A DNA stretch of 59,867 nt, filler included, from Catajapyx aquilonaris (lineage: Eukaryota), in assembly GCA_000934665.2 (NCBI GenBank). It is 2 parts of 2 records of this genome, joined end to end, with 100 filler letters (N's around TTAATTAATTAA, not from the genome) between each part and the next. Parts side by side here need not be neighbours in the genome. Positions count along the whole stretch, not along the records: positions 1 to 29,875 come from JYFJ02004720.1; positions 29,976 to 59,867 come from JYFJ02004721.1. One strand, 5' to 3'. The notes beneath the pieces were generated by a model. It was not told where the DNA came from and made no database searches. It was given only the letters and a program-made list of their open reading frames with translations. Position 1 is the first letter of the stretch. The number at the start of each line of letters is the position of its first letter. Positions 25,241 to 37,859 of this stretch are shown here, piece by piece. Both the position numbers and the translations under genes were made by a program.

Positions 25241-28200
25241 TTATAATCATGGCGTGTGATTGGTAGAGTACAGTACGGGTATACATTGCGCATTCTGATT
25301 GCTGCTTGTCTACATCATGAGTATTAATTTCATCGTGGTGTTAGGCCTAATAGTGTAGGAGCCAAATTGATTTTCAGATCCACTCCAGTAAGTAGATGGA
25401 AATAAGCGGGGGATTTCTATGAGAATAAATCCAACAGCTCTCTACATGGAAAAGTTCAGCTGGGTTTTGCGTTTCCTAATGTAATGAAGTTACAAATGAG
25501 ATAGACTATAATCGAACGTGTTGCCATAGCATTAATTCTTTGTCGTCATAATCCGTAGGCTCTCTACAGGCCAAACATCTTACATAACTCTTGTTTTTAT
25601 GACCTTGCGACAGTAAATAGTAAAATAATTATGTTATTGCTTATGGGCACGTGCACCAAATGAAGCTACGCCACGAATGAGGCCATTTTTCTGCTTCCTA
25701 CGATTAGTCCAATCAAGCCTAATCAAGTGAATTTCTGAATGCCCTTATCTCTTGGGCTGCTTTTTCTGACCGCTAATGTTAGCTACTTTTGCATTGCCCC
25801 CTATGTTTCGCAACATTTCGCATTAGCAGATCAATTTGAGCTACAACAGAGAACTGGTTATTTAACTAATCATTAAAGAATAACTCTGAAAATCCTACTC
25901 ATTTATGTATATTTTCTTTGTATAACAGTTGCAGGTTAGTAAAACTAGTCTAGAAGTGATTGAAAATAATAATGAGGAAATCTGATATCATTAGCAGGAA
26001 AGGTTCATTTACGACACAACCAAATGTGCCTATAATATTTAGCCTTCTTGTGGGCACTGATGTCAAATGAAGCCTTCTGAGCAGAGTTTAGAAATGTATT
26101 GCAGAAAAATACTTAAATCACATACAGCATACTAAAGTTATTTGCATAGCTATTAAAGACTTTAATGTAATATAAAAGCCTTTAATATCTATGGTTATTA
26201 ATTTGTTTACTCTCTTCATTGAAAGGGAAAGTTTGAACTTTCAAATCATAAAGTCATCCTGTACATTTTCGTAATATGAAAGCAGAGAAAATGGTTTACT
26301 TTCGTTAAGGTGACCTCCTTTGATACAGGTACTCACTTTATAGCAAAAAAGGATGAGTTTCCACTCAGCTTGATGGAGTAGCGATGGAACCACTCTTCTG
26401 AATATAAACACCCCTAAAGCTATACCTTCCTAAGAAGATTGACAGTACTTTAAGATCAAGACCCGCCTACTAACTATGCATATTTAATTAATTTGCATTA
26501 ATTTAACTGATCTAATTTCAATGTTACTCCAACCTCTTACCGGACTTTCACTAGTGTTGATCTGACCAACCCAGCATCTCATCACATTTCGTAATTGACC
26601 CTAGACTCTATTGGGGACCATTTTCTGAGCGTCACCGACCGCAATTAGTACGCGCCATCCATTCCCATTCGAGACTTTTTTTTTTTCAAATTTCATGCTG
26701 CCCCTGAATAAAACAGATACCCCCCGAGATACGTAATCGAATCAGGGCACGTTGCAGGGTCAACGTTCCTTCAGGGTAGTGTGTGCAGAAGCCGCTAGGT
26801 GAGGAAACGATTCCCATTAATGATAAGTCCGCCAGTGGGTTTGTTTATGGGGGCAAATTGGGAGCAAGTGATCGATCTCCCCCCTTTTCAACCCCTACAT
26901 TTTCTTCCATCCCCTTCCATCCCCCTACTCCCTCTCAAACACTGTTCCGTTTGCCACGCTCGAGGGGAAGCAATTAGACACTTTTGGCGCCGTTTTCTTT
27001 TGGGTTTCCTTTCCAAGGGAACGTCTGCACACTTCCTGGAAGTAGTCTTCGGGCACCCGTCATTACTGTTCTCCAGGGCTCGTCTAAACATTTTCACGAG
27101 GCCGGATTCATTTGGGAGCTGTGGTGGAGTTGCGTGCACATTGCAGCCTTGCGTGGTAGCTAAGGTCGCCGGTAATAGCGTAATTAGTAATAAGGTTCAG
27201 GTAGTGTTCAAGGGTGTCGTCATAAATTGTTTAACTCAAATAAAAGGCGCATGTTCAATGGGGGCTGCAGACAGTTCTTGGACACCCGTGGCAAGTGAGA
27301 AAAATGATGGTAATGTTACTCGAGTGAGAAAATGAGTTTACTAGCTCACCGTATGCCATGTTTGGCTCAATAAATGCACAGCACATGTGCAAAAAGTTGA
27401 GTCCTGGGAACTTTCTGTTCTGTTGTAAAAGAGCACAGTTGGATGCATCACACCATAAATAAATTGAAATACTTTCGCATGCTTGCCACTAGAAACTGCG
27501 ATATTATGAACTGGTCCAGCAGTTTTGCAATATTATCATATTTCAAATGTGTTGTACTAAAGTGATGATGTTAACTTATAGCGCTGTGTCAGGCTACCTG
27601 TATACATTATGAATGCAGGAATATGATCATATAAAATATACACATACATGAAATTTTTGAACAGAAAGCAATGGAGGAGTTATGTCATCATTTCTGTCAC
27701 AATTATTTTTTATTGAATTGAGGATATCTGGAATGTCTAAGCATTAGGTTTGATGAACGAATATGAAGAAAATATCCAATTTTGCATCCTATCATGAGTA
27801 AGTGTTCGCAAAATATAGTCCGACATAATCGGAGATTTTTTTCTTTATTTTTCGCTTATAATGCAACTATTCCTAAGACTAAGTCTGTGTTTATGAAGAA
27901 ATTTTTGCCTGAGAACACACAGTTGAAGATTAATCTTTGTCGATGTGGTCATAAATTTCCTGGCATTTTCTAATTTGTGAAAACCTTATAAAACCATTGG
28001 CATCCTAAAATTATCATATAACCCCTTTCCTAGAGCGTCATGCATGCAAGTTCATGCTAACCAGAAACGTCTATAAATGTTCTTTTTCTCTGGAGGTTTT
28101 CTATTTTTGATCGATGTTTCCGGTTTTGCCTTTTCAAGAGAGACCATGTACAAGTAATCAGAGAAGCAATATGCCAAACTGTACATCTAGTGAGCCAATT

Positions 28201-29875
28201 CTGGTACACCAGCTTTTTCAGTAGGTTCTACGCCTCACTGAGTTTTCATTTTATGCATCCCGGAGGATTCCCGCCGCCAGCTTATACCGTTCCTCCTTAT
28301 TTCACATCGTATTACCCAGAATCCATTACGTTAGCTGTAGTGAATCAGCTAATCGCATTGGCCAAGCAATGTAATGACCAGAAAAGTGGCATGTGCCATT
28401 TGGGGACGGAATTCGTTCTGCCCCATTCCGCCTACAGTGATTGAGCTTTTCTTTAAAGAAAAAGAAAATAAAAAAATAGAGTGAGAGAAAAGGGTTGGGT
28501 GTTTTACACAACTGGCGTAGCTGTAGTATCAAACGAGTCGACCTTAGAAACTTAAAGGCTTGCCATCACTCGATCTGAAAAACACAATGTAATGAGTGTG
28601 AGGTCTAATAATTTCATTGGTTGACGACAGGGCACAAAAGTTCATTGATCAAATCCTGTCTTTTGCTGTCTCAACAATTAATAACCACGTCAATAACGAT
28701 CTGATTATGTCGTTGTGGCATATAAGATCAAAGTAAGCATACGAGCTTTCGATTTTTGATTCACCCTGTAATAAAGTGATGAATCTTGCATCATCACCAG
28801 ATTTTTCACTTATGAAATAATAAGCCATTTGAGTATGGAATTCTAGGGCGCTAGTAAATGGCTGGACTCACCCTGTAGTCGTACCCAGAAAGTTTATGCC
28901 ACATTTATGGCGCCTGGCCTCAATCGAAATGCTGCGGGGGACTGCTAAAAAGGATGGTCGGAGAGGAAGGGTGTCGGCACACTGCCGGCCCCTTTGTTCT
29001 AACGCACTGTTCTATAATACTCTAGTTTATCCCGGACGATTATTAAATTTTTTATCTCCCACCCATTGGGTTTTATGGGTTCCACCTAGTTTTACTGTCT
29101 AAAGGTAGGGGGGGTTTATGCATATAAGGCACTGAAAAAGGATACCGAGCTGGGATAATCTCATTAACGTTCATTGTAACCCTACGTGTGGACATGATAC
29201 GAAAGGTGGTTGACGAGCTTGAGATGGCCTAATAATATGCAAGTGGGTGGTGTCCGTGGTCACTTCCAAAACGAGTCCCAATCGGTTGAAAACACTATGA
29301 AGACCACGGCCAATATCCGTCAGAAGCCGCTGACACTTCCCAAATGCAATCCCCATTATTCAAATGAGATGCTTCTATCCCACCCGCCCCAACTCAGCTC
29401 CTTATCCTCTCCTTCTATTCCCCAAACTCCATCAGCCTCCCACACATAACATCCAACGTGCCTTATCATGGCTTGCTTCAAGGAAGGAGGAGGAGGAGAC
29501 AAAAAGGCTAGTATAGTTCACTTCAAAGTAGGCGAGCTTTTTGCAATCGCTGGAGTGGGAAGGCGACATCGGGGGAGAAAGAAAGACCGGTTTCATTTTT
29601 CACCTCTCCTATCACGCTCTATTCATTTAGGGTGGCCAACACTTTTATGATGTACACGTTGCGCCTCAAGCCTCACTCTACCTACTTAGATATCGTAGTC
29701 ATTCAGTGGTTTAAATGATATAAAACGAAGGAGGGTAATGTATGGCATAGCCTTTTCTAGGAAGGACTTTCGTAATGGGAGACCGAACCTTCCTTCCCCA
29801 CGTCTTCAGCTAGGAATTAGTTGTAATATAGTACTATACGGCTCAAAATCTTTTGGCCACTTTATCCTGGTACTG

Positions 29876-29975
29876 NNNNNNNNNNNNNNNNNNNNNNNNN
29901 NNNNNNNNNNNNNNNNNNNTTAATTAATTAANNNNNNNNNNNNNNNNNNNNNNNNNNNNNNNNNNNNNNNNNNNN
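29876..29975. other. Artificial contig/segment spacer (N44-TTAATTAATTAA-N44)
   Basis: Exactly 100 bp and symmetric. The 12-mer at 29920-29931 is a palindrome giving stop codons in all six frames, a standard concatenation linker. Confidence 0.95.
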
Positions 29976-30646
29976 GCTGGCTACCCCAGTTATGGGATTA
30001 TGCCGTGATGTATGTATGTATGTATGTATGTATGTATGTATGTATGTATGTATGTATGTATGTATGTATGTACTTTGTGATGAGAAGGTGCCACTTGGCA
30101 GACATGTTCCCTAGGTGTATAGGATCCATTTGAGAGATGGCGGCACTTGATCCGCTCCTTAGGTCAGGTGTTATGCGGTGTTGCCAACCTGGTCCGGAAC
30201 CTAAGCATAACCGCATAACTCGTGATCTAAGGGGCAGATCAGGTGCCACCAACTCTCAAATGGAACCTCAAGGCCTGGGGAACATTCTTGCCAAAATCCC
30301 AAAATGCAAAGTTAAAAATGGTACAAAACGCTTAGGTCCAGGACCAGGTTGGCAACACCGCATAACTCCTGACCTAAGGAGCCGATCAAGTGCCGCCATG
30401 TCTCAAACGACTCCTACAGGCCTAGGGAACATATGTGCCAAGCGGCACCTTCTTGTCACAAAATGCAACGTTGAAAACGCTCAGGTCATCCCCGGCCATG
30501 TTGGCAACACCGCATAACTCGTGACCTAAGGGGCCGATCAGTTGCCTGCAACTCTGGAATTGCTCCTATAGGCCTAAGGAACATATGTGCCAAGTGGCAC
30601 CTTCTTATCCCAAAATGCAAGGTTAAGACGCTTAGGGCCCGGACTA
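29976..30646. mobile_element. Non-autonomous element with (TATG)n and an internal ~150-bp tandem array (HINE/pearl-like architecture), left end cut by the spacer
   Basis: (TATG)15 at 30011-30070. One inverted monomer at ~30074-30206. Forward monomers at ~30209-30329 (partial), 30330-30478 and 30479-30629. Ends GCTTAGGGCCCGGACTA. Confidence 0.7.
30011..30070 (+). repeat. (TATG)15 microsatellite
   Basis: Directly visible. Confidence 0.98.
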
Positions 30647-31489
30647 TAGATCTATTTCTTCATATTAATCTAGGCTGTGATGGGTTTCTTTGCAATTATC
30701 TTTCGTACTAATGAGGTATATTATTTTGATTTAATTTCCCAAGCTTATTGGACGGAAAGTGACACTCTCGGCAATATACTGGTATCAACGGTTCAAAAAG
30801 AATGGGGAACTAGCCTTCATTTTGGAATCTACACAATAAATTCGCCCATATTTTTTGGATTTTTTGGCGTATTCCGTTTTAAGATATCAGTTTCAGTTCC
30901 GGAGATATTGGCGTTTTTTCGTAGGCAAATGGTGACGTCACTGTTTGCCTCGAAAATGTTGACGTCACGCGAAGTGAAATGAACGCAAAAATGATGTTAT
31001 AGAACGCGCCCCGGCAGGGTCGTAAAATAATTCGTCGTACTGTGCTGGACACGGCTGGACATTTGAGCACTCCAAGTGTTTACTTAGTTGCCAGGTTTTT
31101 ACTCTAAGCCGCTCACACCGCTTTGTACGTGGCAGTGATGCCACCAGCTCGGAAATATCCGTTTCCCGAATTAGGCACATAAAGGCCCCCCTTCTCCACC
31201 TCGATGGCCTACAGCCGCCTTGCGAATGCTTTCCGTCGTGTCCGCGGTTAATTCAAAGTCAAATTCCTCATATCTCGCAGGAAACCAGGCATTTCAGTGT
31301 ATCCTTTCGATTGGCACCACCCGGCTGCCCCGTTTTTCCCGCCAATTTTGAAGGCACTTTTAAATGTGCCGTAATTTATCCAGTAATGTCATTTTGATGC
31401 AACAGAGTGATGGAATGTATGTTTACAGGCATGGGCTAGCTAGTTATGAATGAAAATCCCAAATCCCAGACCAAGGCTAGTTCCCCAGT

Positions 31490-31565
31490 GAGCGGGCAGC
31501 CACGCGTCAGGATGAAAGAAACCAGTTAACTGGTTGCTTTCATCCTGACGCGTGGCTGCCCGCTC
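31490..31565. repeat. 76-bp near-perfect palindrome with no spacer
   Basis: GAGCGGGCAGCCACGCGTCAGGATGAAAGAAACCAGTT|AACTGGTTGCTTTCATCCTGACGCGTGGCTGCCCGCTC; 37/38 pairs. Confidence 0.95.
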
Positions 31566-32712
31566 GACGCGAGGGACAATTCTTTTTGGACTGATGAATA
31601 TACGTAAGCCTGTAGGTATACCGCAGCATATGAGTCTACTGACACTGACTCATTATTAAGTCAGGTTTTTTTACGTAGTAGAATAATTCATAATTATACG
31701 GTTCCATTGGTTCGTTCCACGTGCCCTCTTACTCATATTTTCATCCTCATGTGCGAAGCTATTTAATAGCAAAGGATATTATTTCCCAGAGCGTAAAATA
31801 TGGGTCAGCACAAATCGAATCAATCTGTGTAAACATTGAAACTCCTCAGTTACGTGCAACAGTGTCTGCTACAATTACGCATATGAAACCACACATTGGA
31901 ACCTCTGTCATAGTTTAATTACCAAGTCGGTCATGCGGTAATTGGATTCATGATACAGTATACAGTATACTCCATGTGCCGATCTGTAGGGCTGTAGGCT
32001 ATGTGGGTCTAGGCAAGGGTCTCCAGTTTGATTCCCCGATCTGTGACAGAGTAGTTTTTCCAGATCTCCATGAGTGATAGAAATGGATTGAATGATTGAT
32101 TCATAGATACATTCATTCACAAATCGTGTTTTATACGTCAACGAGGCAGTTAGTGATGAAGCGAGAGCATCATAATTATAGGCACTAACTGATATTCTGC
32201 ATGTGAAACTGCATAAACAAAGTGCTTTAAAACAAACATAATTTTATGACATCACAAGTTTGACATTGTGGGTAAATAATTCGCCTGTTCCTGCTGGGAA
32301 CTGGATGTTTAGGACATAAAATAACAAAAAGTCAAAAATAGGGTTTAAATATGAAGTATATGTCTATTGGTATAACCGCTTTAACATTCTGTACTAAAAT
32401 AAACATTATTTTGTGAATATTTTAAAAGTAGGTGATAATGGCTGAAGGCATCGTATCGGTCCGGAAAAGCCAGTAAGAAATAACAAAGGCTTAAATGATA
32501 AATCGAAATCCTTATTTAAAAACCGGTAAGACTGAAACCTGAATTTGCATTATTGGCGATTAAGTTTAAAAAAAATTACGTTTGTGTTTTGGGAGCTCCA
32601 GCCAGGGAATAATATTGCTGTACATCAAAGAAACCGCGATTTTATTAATGGCCTGGACCTGGAGTTGCTGAAAGTGATAAATAATAATATTAACTTAATC
32701 ATCCCAACTTCA

Positions 32713-32717
<5 letters not shown>

Positions 32718-32743
<26 letters not shown>

Positions 32744-32747
32744 TATT
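32718..32747 (+). repeat. (ATT)10 microsatellite
   Basis: Directly visible. Confidence 0.95.
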
Positions 32748-32890
32748 TGAGTCATTCTATGTCAACTCACCGAGGTTTAAGGAGAATTGACCCTCTTGTG
32801 TTGTCAGATCATGACGAATACGGCACATAGGTTTAATTACGTTCGTCCCAGAGCGATTTTGTGGTGGGAGGAGTTAGAAGGAGCCCTTGG

Positions 32891-33184
32891 CCAATCACGG
32901 CCAATGACATCACATCGAGCCAATTACACCCTGAGGGGAAGGGGAGTGGGGGCCCAAAGGAAGGAGTCCATTTGAAGATGTAGGTCATTTATCTTATACG
33001 TACTCTCTAAAGGAACAATACCGATGTCTGCCTATCCAGGCTGTTTGGAACGTGGGGTTGTTAAGGGAGACGGAGGTGCCTTTTTCGTTGCCAAGGGAGA
33101 GAGAGCCAATGATTGTTGACATTTTTCTGAGTTCTCCCGGGCCAATCATGACCGGTGACATCAAATCGCAGTGGGCAAGGGCGG
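32891..33184 (+). promoter_or_regulatory. Candidate CCAAT/GC-box cluster
   Basis: Five same-strand RGCCAAT motifs (CCAAT at 32891, 32901, 32920, 33106, 33142) and GGGCGG at 33179. No associated exon recognised. Confidence 0.3.
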
Positions 33185-33543
33185 AGCTGGGAGGCATTGG
33201 AGGAAGTTACCCCCTCCCCCCTCCCCACCCTCGCCTTACACACTAGGAAATGGGTATCCTGCACAACCACATGCATTACATCCGGCTGTTCTTAAATCAA
33301 TTATTGGTATACATGTATGATGAAGTTTTATCCGCTACAACTACTGTAAAAAACTCAGAGTGAAGGATTACAATTATTTTTTTACAGTACCCCATTCTCA
33401 GGCCTTGGGCCCTTTTTAGGGGAGTGGAATACCACTATTTTTGGAACCATATAATGTGTGTATGTTACTATTGTTCCAAGGGTAAGTAGGAGGGGATGTG
33501 AAAAGTGCAAATGCAATGTCGTATATTGGTCATTTTGTGAACT

Positions 33544-33702
33544 CCCCCGGGTGGATTAGTCTAGCGGAAATTTCCACCCGAGACGAAGCCAGAGATGGCC
33601 CAACTCTGCACGAGATGAAGGGGGGAACCCCGGGCTGGGATCGAACCCGGGACCTTAACATCCGTGGGCGCGTGCGTTACCGCAGCACCACTCCGCCTCC
33701 CC
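33544..33702 (-). mobile_element. tRNA-derived SINE
   Basis: Minus strand GGCGGAGTGGTGCTGCGGTAACGCACGCGCCCACGGATGTTAAGGTCCCGGGTTCGATCCCAGCCCGGGG has an A-box-like TGGTGCTGCGG and B box GGTTCGATCCC (33637-33647) at tRNA spacing, without a proper acceptor stem. A unique body follows with a CGGGTGGA/TCCACCCG hairpin. The 3' boundary is uncertain. Confidence 0.78.
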
Positions 33703-36700
33703 AAAGGATTACTATTGGAGAGATGCCCTGAACAACGAGGGCAATGCAAACAATGTTGGTCAAATATTCATTCTTCCTTCTTACAGTATATAGGCTACGT
33801 ATTATTTGAATGAAAAAATATTCATATAGACACATCAGCAACATCGTTTGAAACATAATTATGCACTTCAATTTATGAATTTGCAAATTTGCTTTCCTCC
33901 TCCACATGCAATGCTATAAACTGGTATTAACTGATGAGGTAAAGCACTGATAAATTATAAGTGAGGGCCTAAAATCGCGAACGATCAGAGACACATTTCA
34001 TTGATTTCGCGATATGAGGGTTTGCAGCTTGAAGATTGCATTATCCGGTCTTATGGGATAAATTTTTCTCCGAAATTTCCCTACGGAGCTATAATTTCTT
34101 TTATGCCGCCCGGGAGTCCCACTAGTAAGAAACACTGTATTAAACAATGCCTGACCCAGTTTTGGCTCATCTGCATTTCAGGTCTTCATTTGTATTAAAT
34201 ATTTTCATGAATCTCTTGGATTGCATCCAGAGAATGTGCATAGTGGAGAAAAAATTGCCCCGTTTTTCTCTGCTCCTTCAAAAAAAAATCTGTCAATAGT
34301 ACGCAACGAATGTCTTTTTGAAGTCTTCTGGTTCAATTACGAGGTATACCTTAACTACCTCCAGCTCCCCTGCCCATTAGTGTAACTTGTAATGCAGGAC
34401 CTTCCTTAGGCCATCTGATATGAAGTGGGCAATATTGCTGAAACAAGGCTGCTGCATTGGTACTTGATAGATCTCTTGGCGGACACCACTCATCGTGTCC
34501 TTAGATATTACCGTCATGCTCCCAACAGACACTACATTTTATTCCCTTAATCAAAAGTTACAAATTTACCGAGTCCCAACCGAAAACAAACTTGTGAGTG
34601 GAAGCAGGTAACATGGTTCTGATTTCCCTCCAGACAGGGAGCCGTATGAAGAAAAAAGGGGGATTTCCCCCCTTACCTCTATCCCTATATAAAAAAATCA
34701 GTTCGAGAGTGTGGAGGGGGGGCATTTAGGGGTCTCGGGAATAGCACAGAAAATGTGATCTTTTTAAAATTACATCCAACCCTCCCAGCGCTTCCCAAAC
34801 TATATATTTTTTGTTATTTTGAGCAGATTATGCCTTCCCCACCAGAAACTGCCATCAGGGAAGTGTATCGCGACTTGGGCTCCACCGATTTAGCCATCAC
34901 TTTGGTATCAGCGAGCTCTCAGGACTAGTACCAAGACACTGGGGGCATGCATTATGCATTAGGCCATGGACTAGAACTTCAAAGAGCAAATATCCGAGAG
35001 CAATTTCGCGACCCCCCGGACGATTAAAAAAGAACAGAAACGCCGGAAAAAAGAGGGTGGAAGGGAGGTAAAGAGGAGGCCGCATCCCATCAACTTGCAA
35101 GCCTCGTCACCTTTTAGCATGCAATCACTTGCTATGCGCTCCAAGATTATCAGTTTTGGTGTCTGAACCCCGATATTGGCATCTTCCACTTGCAAAGTGG
35201 CGAGGACACGTGCGGGACAAATTAATTCGGGCTCACGAAATGTTTAATGTATTAAATTATTCGAAAAATGGGGAAGCGTATAAAAGTGTACCATGATCGG
35301 TGTCCTAACAAGAGGGTTCCATAATTTCGAGGCGTGGGTCCCGAGACAGGGAGCGACCTTCGAAGGCCACATGACTGTGTCTCCCCCACACAAGAAAGTC
35401 AGAAAAAAAAGTGGGAAGTTAGAGAGCTTTGGGCGTTGCAATCCCCAGGCAAACAAGGGCAATTATAACATGATTTGGGCTTCATTTTGCGTCCCGCGTG
35501 ACACCGAACTATTCACGTCAGTTTGGGCTCCCCGTGCTAGTACTTTACGCGAGGGAGGCCATGCCTTTTACTGTATGATCCCCAGCTAGGGCAGCCATGA
35601 CAGCAGCCGTATCGTCATATCGAGGCCTATGGGACCCATTTCCCCATATGCAGCCACGCAACCACCCAGTAAACTATGAAACTTTTTTTTGGTGCATAGA
35701 AAGGTAGGGGAGGGGGGGGGGGGGTATTCCTCTTTGTTTTACTTTTTTCGCCCAAAATGCCCGGCCGAAGTTTATGCTCCTGATAACTGTGTGAGCCTGG
35801 AGATAGCAAATAACCTTTCAAGAGATATTTACTTTACTGCTAGTGTAGGCCTATGTTTGAGGCAATAGGGATAGCTAGAGATTTCATAGAGTTGAGTCAG
35901 GATAATCTTCAAGTATGAAATATATTAATAGGCCTGCTTTTGATTCAAATTCCAGAATGGAGTCTCGTAATATTTTATAGAGTTGAGTGAAGTTTGTACA
36001 TTTTGTAATCACTCTAAGTTTATGACTAGATAATTATGTGTTTGTATCTAAGTATGTAACATACTACTGCATTCCATAAATAAGTAGGCTACCTTTTGGC
36101 AGTAGATGTTTTCCACAAAAGATGCCAATGAAGACACATGATAGAAATCTCTGGATATTTCGAGACACAAACATTACATGGATCGAAGCATTATTTTTTT
36201 ATACAGTGAGACCAGATTCTGTCAGCCTGTGGCTCAACTTCTTCGCCAAACCTATTTATTTGGTTTTATCTACGATTATGTAGAATAGATTTTGTTTAAA
36301 AAATTAAAGTAACTTAGCTTGACGAGGAGTAACGTGAAATTATGCTTTCAATTATTCATCCCGGTCGGTCTTTACACATACTATACATATTGTATGGGCA
36401 AGCGAATACTGCATAGGCTAAGCGTGGTAAATACACCCTTGCGGGTACAGTGCATGATTACCTAGATATTTCCGCATACGGTGTAACAAGCGTAATTACA
36501 CATAAAATCTGCTCCATACCTAATTACGATAATCAGTGGAGAGTCCAGTACTGCGAATGATTGCTCTTCACATATTACAGGTCAGAAAACAGGGTATATA
36601 CACTCGCATAGGCTATACACTAGGACACACGTCAGCAAATCTATTTAGTTGGCTTCAGATACCCGGAAAACTGCATATTTGTTCTCGTGGCAATTATTTT

Positions 36701-37021
36701 TAGGTGGTTGTGTAGACAACTAATTAGTGATCTGCAGGAACCTGGCCTCACAACCTGACGAGATGAATCGTTTGCAAAAATGTCACCATGTTTTTGCATC
36801 TCATGGTTCCACAAACCTGTTTGACCATTACCTGCAAAACAAGGAAAATCTGCTGTCACAGCCCTAGTCAGAACATGTGATATGCATTTTTCTATAAAAA
36901 TTGACTTCCAGAGAAGTGTTCAGACCCTCTGTCCCAAGAGTACTGTTATCCTCTTGTCCCGTACCCAACTGTCAAAATAGTATACAAGTAACCACATTAC
37001 TGTCCCCTAACGTACTAAATG

Positions 37022-37338
37022 GCTGCAAATGTGCCACACTTCAAGTCAATACGAGTTCTTCAAGTGTCCCTTCACCGATTTGAACGTGGCACGAAGCAGG
37101 CTGGAGCGCGTTCGATCCTGAGATGGGCCAAATCTTGGTGCCGCGTATCCGCGTAGTGTACATGCAGATAAGCCGGTCTGCAACGTGCATTTGTCCGCAA
37201 GTTGAGCGTAGAACATGAAACGCAACTGCAGTGCTGGCAAGGAGAAGAGACGATTTCAAGTCGGATGTGAAGCACTCAAAGGATGAAAGGCTTCCTTTGG
37301 CGTACCCAATTAAGCCTTTGAGAGTTGCACACTTGCAT
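37022..37338. mobile_element. Possible old MITE (degenerate inverted arms)
   Basis: TGCAAATGTGCCACACTTCAA vs TTGAGAGTTGCACACTTGCA, and CACCGATTTGAACGT vs ACGATTTCAAGTCGGATG, pair imperfectly. Confidence 0.4.
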
Positions 37339-37859
37339 GATTGGCGCTCCTTGGCGCGTCGCCGGCGGTCTCTCTCTCCTCGCTCCCCCGCCTTCTCTCC
37401 CTCTCTCTTCCCCCCAACCCAACAACCTCTGCCAAGCATGAATTAACAATTATGTTAATCGTAGTGGCTCTTGCTAATAGCCTCCTGGACTTTAATCAAT
37501 TTGCAAAATTGTATCGTGGCAAGCCTCTCTACTTTCGCCCGACGCACGTCGTACGTTTCGCCTAATGAGAATTGGAATTTAAATTTCACAGGGGAAGGGC
37601 AATTTTCATGTAAAGGATCTAATTACGGTTTAAGCAGCGAGGTCTAATCTCCTTTCAATTCTATTCGGAAAAGTTGGTTTTTGGGGAGAAAAGTACGCGA
37701 CAGAAGGGGGCGTTTTCTGGCCCTTTGTAATTAAAACGCTCCCTGGCCCCGGCCGACTTGTCCCGAAGAGCACGTAGGGGAAAAAGAACACTTCTTTTTG
37801 GGGCCCACAAACATGGCTCGTTTGTTTTCAACATGCTCGCACTTGCACAAGCATGGGAA

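Noticed and set aside
29998..30252. ORF with (YIHT)n repeat; likewise the poly-N ORF at 57178-57402 and poly-L ORF at 32545-32790
   Set aside because: These are translations of microsatellites.
30074..30629. CRISPR-like array
   Set aside because: The units are ~150-bp tandem monomers without unique spacers, there are no cas genes, and the context is eukaryotic.
31090..31300. SAM-like domain on the minus strand (GAFMCLIRETDISELV)
   Set aside because: Short similarity only, with no supporting splice sites or additional motifs.
31975..32050. Second tRNA-like SINE head
   Set aside because: The B-box-like AGTTTGATTCC is degenerate and there is no convincing A box.
33628..33702. Functional tRNA gene
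   Set aside because: A and B boxes are present but the acceptor and anticodon stems do not pair properly and no terminator follows. It fits a SINE head.
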